From an uncultured Candidatus Saccharibacteria bacterium (lineage in GTDB: Bacteria > Patescibacteriota > UBA1384 > XYA2-FULL-43-10 > 1-14-0-10-43-13): a stretch of DNA of 32,000 nt. The stretch is from NCBI GenBank assembly GCA_964543385.1, contig CAZIYE010000002.1, forward strand, positions 60,001 through 92,000. The letters are read 5' to 3'. Within the stretch, counting starts at the first letter, position 1. Every line of letters begins with the position of its first letter. Shown here piece after piece: positions 27,037-32,000 of this stretch. The position numbers and the translations under genes were made by a program. The notes under the pieces were generated by a model. The model saw nothing but the letters and a program-made list of their open reading frames with translations. It was not told where the DNA came from and made no database searches.

Positions 27037-27049
27037 GGGTATGTCTCAT

Positions 27050-27823
27050 TTATCTCTCTATTTCCTGTTTACGGAAGAGAAAAATAGCACCCAAAACCAA
27101 GATCAATATTAGGCCCACTGAAGTAAGGGCTGATGGAAGGAAGTCAACGATCTTGCCTTCTAGTATCAGGGCCTTATAATTTGACATTACATAAGTAGGT
27201 GAATAGTCGGAAATTTGTTTAATAAGTCCAAATACAGTGGTAAATAAAATAGATACAAGTAAGGCCATGCCTGCCGCAGTTATCTGATTTTTTGATACAG
27301 TACTAAAAAAGATAGTGACTGCTAAAATCAGGGTTAAAAATATCAGAAGGAAAAATGAGAGCCAGATAAAATTGACAAGACTAAAGCTGCCAAAGAGATT
27401 TAGCGTATAAAGATAAAATACTATCGCAGATGCAATAAAAACCAGCTTGATATACAGCGCGCTGGCAAAGAACTTTGATAACAAGAAGCTGACTCGAGAA
27501 ATTGGTTTGGTCAGTACCAGTTCGAGGGTTTTCTTATTCTTCTCTTCAGCAACAGCTCCGGAAAACATTAATAGAATAACAATCATCCCAAATTGTGCCA
27601 AATTTTTTACCAATTGATCGATGGAATCTTTCCACGTGGGGTCAGGAAAATTGATTGTAAGACCCGGAGTTGCGGGCATAGACTTAAGAATTGTTGGGAT
27701 CAGCTTTGCTAAGATCGGAGAAGAGATAGCTATAAAGGCAAAAACGATCACTAAAATCAGAAACTTCTTAGATCGGTAAATCTCTAATATTTCCTTTTTC
27801 ATCATTGTGTAAAATGAGTTCAC
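27050..27823 (-). CDS. ABC-2 type transporter permease
   Basis: 257 aa with about 6 TM segments; MMKKEILEIYRSKKFLILVIVFAFIAI and GAVAEEKNKKTLELVLTKPISRVSFLLSKF. Confidence 0.9.
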   Translation of the reverse strand: MNSFYTMMKKEILEIYRSKKFLILVIVFAFIAISSPILAKLIPTILKSMPATPGLTINFPDPTWKDSIDQLVKNLAQFGMIVILLMFSGAVAEEKNKKTLELVLTKPISRVSFLLSKFFASALYIKLVFIASAIVFYLYTLNLFGSFSLVNFIWLSFFLLIFLTLILAVTIFFSTVSKNQITAAGMALLVSILFTTVFGLIKQISDYSPTYVMSNYKALILEGKIVDFLPSALTSVGLILILVLGAIFLFRKQEIER

Positions 27824-28746
27824 TTTGCCTCCTTGATCAGATCGATAAATAAATCTTCTACTTCCGGCAGACTAAGTCCATAAGAAAGAACTCCAATCCC
27901 AAATTGTGCAAGAAACTTCAGAGCCAGATTTGATTTAACAGTATCATCGTCCCTTAGCCAGACTTTTAAGTGATTGCCATTTTTTTCTATCTTGGTAGCC
28001 CATTCCTGTTTTTTGAGGTCTGGTAATACCGACTCAGGATCGGAGTCGAATTCTACTTCTAAAATGTTGGTGGCATATTTCTTCTTCAGGTCTGCAAGGG
28101 AAGACACTGTAATAAGTTTACCCTTATTGATGATAGCAACATCGTCGCAGATTCGATCAACATCAGAAAGGATATGTGTTGAAAGCAATATTGTCATTGT
28201 TTTTTTGAGGTTTTCAATAACAGCCAACACCTCGCGTCGTCCTATTGGGTCAAGTGCAGACACGGGCTCATCCATTATTAGGACTTTAGGTTCATTTACC
28301 AAGGCTTGAGCAATACCGAGCCTTTGTTTCATGCCATTTGAATATGCGCTGATCTTTTTGTCTTTTGCTTCGGAGAGATCGACTAGTTTAAGTAGTTTTT
28401 TGATAGTGCTTTCTTTTTCCGTAGTTTTAATCCCAAAAGTATTAGCTACGAATTCCAGATATTCTTTGCCGGTCATCCAATTGTAAAAAGCCGGTTGCTC
28501 TGGAAGATAGCCAAAAAGCTTATTATTTGAAGAATTACCAAATATTATTTCTTCACTTGCAATCGTTATGGATCCGCTGGTGGGTTTGGATAAGCCGACC
28601 AGTATCCGTATGGTCGTTGTCTTGCCGGCACCGTTTGGTCCCAAAAAACCCATAACTCTATTCTCGGCAACATCAAATGATAATCCAGAAACTGCAGTGA
28701 AATTATTGAATTTCTTGGTTAGACTTTGGATCTTTATTGCAGACAT
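27820..28746 (-). CDS. ABC transporter ATP-binding protein
   Basis: Walker A GPNGAGKTTT, signature YSNGMKQRLGIAQAL, Walker B VLIMDEPVSALDP. The track start at 28824 adds 26 non-homologous-looking residues; MSAIKIQSLTKKF at 28746 is a better start. Confidence 0.94.
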   Translation of the reverse strand: MSAIKIQSLTKKFNNFTAVSGLSFDVAENRVMGFLGPNGAGKTTTIRILVGLSKPTSGSITIASEEIIFGNSSNNKLFGYLPEQPAFYNWMTGKEYLEFVANTFGIKTTEKESTIKKLLKLVDLSEAKDKKISAYSNGMKQRLGIAQALVNEPKVLIMDEPVSALDPIGRREVLAVIENLKKTMTILLSTHILSDVDRICDDVAIINKGKLITVSSLADLKKKYATNILEVEFDSDPESVLPDLKKQEWATKIEKNGNHLKVWLRDDDTVKSNLALKFLAQFGIGVLSYGLSLPEVEDLFIDLIKEAK

Positions 28747-28748
28747 TT

Positions 28749-28946
28749 CTAATCCTCGCTTCGTCCGGCTAGAAGATAGGCGACAGGCCCGATGATCTCG
28801 CCAATTATTATGATAACAATCCAAATGGCGGGAGAAAGATTCTTGGTCTTCTTCTTTTTTAGCACATCAACTATTGCGTAAATTTGTAAACCAATTTGAA
28901 GCACGATAATTGGCCAAACAAGTTTTAAGATGTCAATGTGATCCAT
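28749..28946 (-). CDS. PLDc_N / YxlE-like small membrane protein
   Basis: 65 aa; VWPIIVLQIGLQIYAIVDVLKKKKTKNLSPAIWIVIIIIGEIIGPVAYLLAGR. Confidence 0.85.
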   Translation of the reverse strand: MDHIDILKLVWPIIVLQIGLQIYAIVDVLKKKKTKNLSPAIWIVIIIIGEIIGPVAYLLAGRSED

Positions 28947-29052
28947 GCTCCTCCAAATATTATTTATAGCAATATGATATCAAAACTGATAATTTAATGA
29001 AACAACAATCATAAAATATGCTATCATAAGTTGCATAAGAAAGGCTATTACT

Positions 29053-29385
29053 ATGATCACATTTGAATATTTTGAAAAAGTAGATATCCGAGTGGGGAAA
29101 GTTATCGAAATAGATGACTTTCCGGAGGCAAAAATTCCTAGTTATAAAATGAAGATTGATTTTGGTTCGGAAATAGGGGTGAAAAAATCATGCGGAAGAT
29201 ATCCTCAAAATTACAAGAAAGAAGAGATATTGGGTCGACAAGTTTGTTGTGTTGTAAATTTCCCACCAAGACAGATTGGCCCTGCTATTTCAGAAGTATT
29301 GACGCTAGGTTTTACCGATGAAAAGGGCAATGCAATCCTAATTATTCCTGAGAAGGAAGTTCCTCTTGGCGGAAAACTTCATTAA
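29053..29385 (+). CDS. tRNA-binding domain protein, CsaA-like
   Basis: 110 aa; YFEKVDIRVGKVIEIDDFPEAKIPSYKMKIDFGSEIGVKKSCGRYPQNY and GRQVCCVVNFPPRQIGPAISEVLTLGF. Confidence 0.9.
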   Translation: MITFEYFEKVDIRVGKVIEIDDFPEAKIPSYKMKIDFGSEIGVKKSCGRYPQNYKKEEILGRQVCCVVNFPPRQIGPAISEVLTLGFTDEKGNAILIIPEKEVPLGGKLH

Positions 29386-29400
29386 ATAATAAATATAAGT

Positions 29401-30006
29401 ATGGCTAATGAAATAAAAGATCTTGCAATTTCGAGAGCTCAAGAAATAATAAGCCAGATGAAAGATGTGGCCCACAGTAAGTCCCATATTGAGCAAGTGC
29501 TGATTTATTCAGAACAAATTGCCAAACATTATCCCGAGGCAAACAAAGATATTCTTGATTTAGCTGCATGGTGGCACGATACGGGGAGACTCAATACAGA
29601 TGAAGGTCATGCAGCTAAAAGCGCCGAGATAGCAGCCAAAGAGCTGAATAAAATTGGTATTGATTCTGACACAATTAGCAAAATTTGTTGTGCTATACGA
29701 GAGCATAGTAATAGCGAAGGAATCACCCCGACTACACTAGAGGGAAAAATCTTAAAAGATGCTGATAAGCTAGATTTTCTTACTCCAAAACGCTGGCAGA
29801 TGTGCATTGATGAAAAGCTTGATTGGGCCGTCTTGGTCGGAATCAAAAAGATACCGATTATAAGAAACCATATTTTAAATTTGATAGAATCTAAAGAGAT
29901 TTTCGACTCTCTCTTTTTAGAGTTAAAAGATTTTGTCAGAGACGAAAATTCAGCATTTTTTGAAAAGTATAAGCAACAAGTAATTGATTTAAAAATTAGG
30001 GAGTAA
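29401..30006 (+). CDS. HD-domain phosphohydrolase
   Basis: 201 aa; SHIEQVLIYSEQIAKHY, AAWWHDTGRL, AIREHS, and LEGKILKDADKLDFL. Confidence 0.88.
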   Translation: MANEIKDLAISRAQEIISQMKDVAHSKSHIEQVLIYSEQIAKHYPEANKDILDLAAWWHDTGRLNTDEGHAAKSAEIAAKELNKIGIDSDTISKICCAIREHSNSEGITPTTLEGKILKDADKLDFLTPKRWQMCIDEKLDWAVLVGIKKIPIIRNHILNLIESKEIFDSLFLELKDFVRDENSAFFEKYKQQVIDLKIRE

Positions 30007-30008
30007 AA

Positions 30009-30791
30009 GTGAAATACAAGGATTTTGCAGTCGAGTTGGCGAAAGAAGCCGGAAAAATAATCAAATCAAATTTTACAATTGGTATGGAAAAGGGCTGGAA
30101 AGGTATCGATGGCCCTGTAACAAAAACGGATAAAGGGGTAAATAGTCTTGTGATAGAATCAGTCAAGAAGTATTTTCCTGATCACAATATCAGAGGAGAA
30201 GAGGAGAGCTATCATGAACAGAAATCTGAATTTCTCTGGGTTTGCGATCCAATTGATGGAACAATTCCTTTTTCGCATGGGTTGCCAGTTTTTATGTTCT
30301 CATTGGCATTAGTTAAAAATGGTGAGCCAATAATGGGTGTTTTATATGACCCAATTTTAGACAAACTTTTCTACGCCGAGAAAGGCCATGGTGCTACATT
30401 AGATGGCAAGGCTATCAAAGTATCAGATCGAGAAACACTAAAGGACAGTGCCGTTGATATAGAAAGTTGGTCAACTGCCAGATATTACGCTCCTGCTCTT
30501 GAGAGGGAAGTATATTCTACCGATGCTCTTCTTGTCCACTATGCTTGCATTACTTACCCTTGCGCTTTAGTGGCAGCAGGAGAGTTCGTGGGCGCAATAT
30601 TTGCCGGCTATACCGAGTGGGACATTGCAGCGGTCAAGGTGATTGTAGAGGAGGCTGGCGGCAAGGTAACAGATCTATTTGGTCAGGAGCAACGTTACGA
30701 CCAAGATATTAAAGGGGCTGTTATATCAAATGGCAAAACACACGATATATTACTTAAAATAGTAAAAGAGGCAATAGCAAAAAATGAATGA
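30009..30791 (+). CDS. Inositol monophosphatase family protein
   Basis: 260 aa; KTDKGVNSLVIESVKKYFPDHNIRGEEE, VCDPIDGTIPFSHGLPVF, and TEWDIAAVKVIVEEAGGKVTDLFG. Confidence 0.92.
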   Translation: MKYKDFAVELAKEAGKIIKSNFTIGMEKGWKGIDGPVTKTDKGVNSLVIESVKKYFPDHNIRGEEESYHEQKSEFLWVCDPIDGTIPFSHGLPVFMFSLALVKNGEPIMGVLYDPILDKLFYAEKGHGATLDGKAIKVSDRETLKDSAVDIESWSTARYYAPALEREVYSTDALLVHYACITYPCALVAAGEFVGAIFAGYTEWDIAAVKVIVEEAGGKVTDLFGQEQRYDQDIKGAVISNGKTHDILLKIVKEAIAKNE

Positions 30792-31416
30792 TTTTAAAAA
30801 TATATTAAATCTTTTGCACTTAGCTGAGAAGCTAAAATACGAACTTCGTCATAGTTGGCTTTCTGACGGACGGCAGGAGAGTGTTGCTGAACATAGCTGG
30901 CGAATGGCGCTAATGGTTATTCTATTTAAGTCATATCTAAATGAGGGGTTCAATGTAGAAAAAGCCCTGAAAATTGCCATTGTTCATGACCTAGTTGAGG
31001 CTGAAGTTAAAGATACTCCAGCATTTGATACTAGTAAAGAAGATGAAAAAAAAGAGCTTGAAGAAAAGGCGGCCAAGAATTTTATAAAGGTAGCAGGTGA
31101 TGATATCGGACAGGAACTTTATAATCTTTGGCGGGAGTACGAGGACACCGAAACTTACGAGGCGAGAGTAGTAAAAGCGCTAGGTAAATTAGAAGTTCGC
31201 CTGCAGCATAATGAAGCAGATCTAAAAACCTGGGAGGACGTTGAATTTCCAAGAGCACTTTTCGCCGCCGATAAATTTTGTGATTTTGATGAAGTTTTGC
31301 GTGGTTTTAATGATTTAGTAAAAGACGAATCAAGGTCCAAAATAGTTACTGCTGCAATTAATATCAAAAAAATAGAAGAAGAGGCAGAAGAGCTAAGGCC
31401 AAAGCAAGTTAGATAA
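30784..31416 (+). CDS. HD-domain protein, YfbR/HDDC2-like nucleotidase
   Basis: 210 aa; KLKYELRHSW...RQESVAEHSWRMALMV, IVHDLVEAEVKDTPAF, and EYEDTETYEARVVKALGKLEVRLQHNEA. Confidence 0.85.
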   Translation: MNDFKNILNLLHLAEKLKYELRHSWLSDGRQESVAEHSWRMALMVILFKSYLNEGFNVEKALKIAIVHDLVEAEVKDTPAFDTSKEDEKKELEEKAAKNFIKVAGDDIGQELYNLWREYEDTETYEARVVKALGKLEVRLQHNEADLKTWEDVEFPRALFAADKFCDFDEVLRGFNDLVKDESRSKIVTAAINIKKIEEEAEELRPKQVR

Positions 31417-31423
31417 GGAAAAA

Positions 31424-31966
31424 ATGAAAATTACATTCATTACTGGAAATAAATCAAAAGTAGAGCAACTTAGACGGTTTCTAAAAGTATCAGTTGACCA
31501 TGTCAAGCTAGATCTCGAAGAGATACAATCCCTCAACCTAGAAGAGATAGTAGAAAAGAAAGCAAAGCAAGCGTATGAGATTATCAAAAGCCCAGTTTTA
31601 GTGGAGGATGTCTCGCTCGTTTATACTGCCCTCAACGGCCTTCCTGGGCCATTAATTCGTTGGTTTCTCGAGCAATTGGGTAATGCTGGTCTCTGTCGTC
31701 TTATAAATCATTATAATAAAGATAGGTCAGCTACTGCTAAAGTCGCCTACAGTTATTTTGACGGCAATAATTTACAAATATTCACAGGTGAGATCACAGG
31801 CAAAATCGCGGCTCACCCGAGAGGAGAGAATGATTTTGGCTGGAGTCCAGTTTTTATTCCTGATGGTAGCGATAAAACATTGGCCGAAATGACGCACGAT
31901 GAATATGAAAATTTCTCTATGAGAAAGATTGCTCTACAAAAATTGACAAAATATCTATCAGAATAA
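31424..31966 (+). CDS. Ham1/RdgB-like non-canonical purine NTP pyrophosphatase
   Basis: 180 aa; ITFITGNKSKVEQL, LVEDVSLVYTALNGLPGPLIRWFL, GEITGKIAAHPRGENDFGWSPVFIPDGSDKTLAEM. Confidence 0.92.
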   Translation: MKITFITGNKSKVEQLRRFLKVSVDHVKLDLEEIQSLNLEEIVEKKAKQAYEIIKSPVLVEDVSLVYTALNGLPGPLIRWFLEQLGNAGLCRLINHYNKDRSATAKVAYSYFDGNNLQIFTGEITGKIAAHPRGENDFGWSPVFIPDGSDKTLAEMTHDEYENFSMRKIALQKLTKYLSE

Positions 31967-31968
31967 AA

Positions 31969-32000
31969 AAACAAACGGCGCATATGCCGTTTGTTTTTTT
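31969..32000 (+). terminator. Intrinsic terminator after the ITPase gene
   Basis: AAACAAACGGC-gcatat-GCCGTTTGTTT, perfect 11-bp stem followed by Ts. Confidence 0.85.

Noticed and set aside
27974-28309. 111-aa plus-strand ORF
   Set aside because: Antisense to the conserved ABC ATPase gene with no recognisable motif.
28747-28824. 26-residue N-terminal extension of the ABC ATPase
   Set aside because: MDCYHNNWRDHRACRLSSSRTKRGLE overlaps the PLDc_N gene and does not resemble ABC ATPase N-termini; ATG at 28746 fits family alignments.

Overview
This 32 kb AT-rich window looks like a bacterial chromosomal segment. Compact genes, many small Patescibacteria/CPR-style proteins and a lean operon layout suggest a CPR-type genome, but that placement is an inference. 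Supportable content: a small acidic ORF followed by lon and a GT4-like glycosyltransferase; a short unlisted GWHGD..GH/KGG-like stress-type ORF; a CdaR/PucR-type regulator; two adjacent secreted or anchored Asn-rich repeat proteins sharing one repeat unit; a small membrane-tethered protein; a CheY-like receiver next to a Zn-ribbon + Nudix + GAF + PAS + histidine-kinase fusion; a guanylate-kinase-like P-loop protein with a degenerate Walker A, its own near-consensus promoter and hairpins inside its 3' end; infC-rpmI-rplT, with infC apparently starting at AUU/AUA; a DAG-kinase-like protein; a bactofilin; uvrA; an alpha/alpha-toroid-like protein; PEBP, DUF2267 and M50-CBS proteins; an FMN reductase, EamA transporter, MBL hydrolase and P-loop kinase/HD-like fusion; a DUF1648/SdpI-like protein; a yxlEFG-like ABC cassette; and a tRNA-binding/HD/IMPase/HD/ITPase cluster. 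No CRISPR array, tRNA, rRNA, transposase or known antiphage system was recognised. The best candidates for something undescribed are the Nudix-histidine kinase fusion, the degenerate guanylate-kinase-like gene, the paired repeat surface proteins and the kinase/HD fusion.
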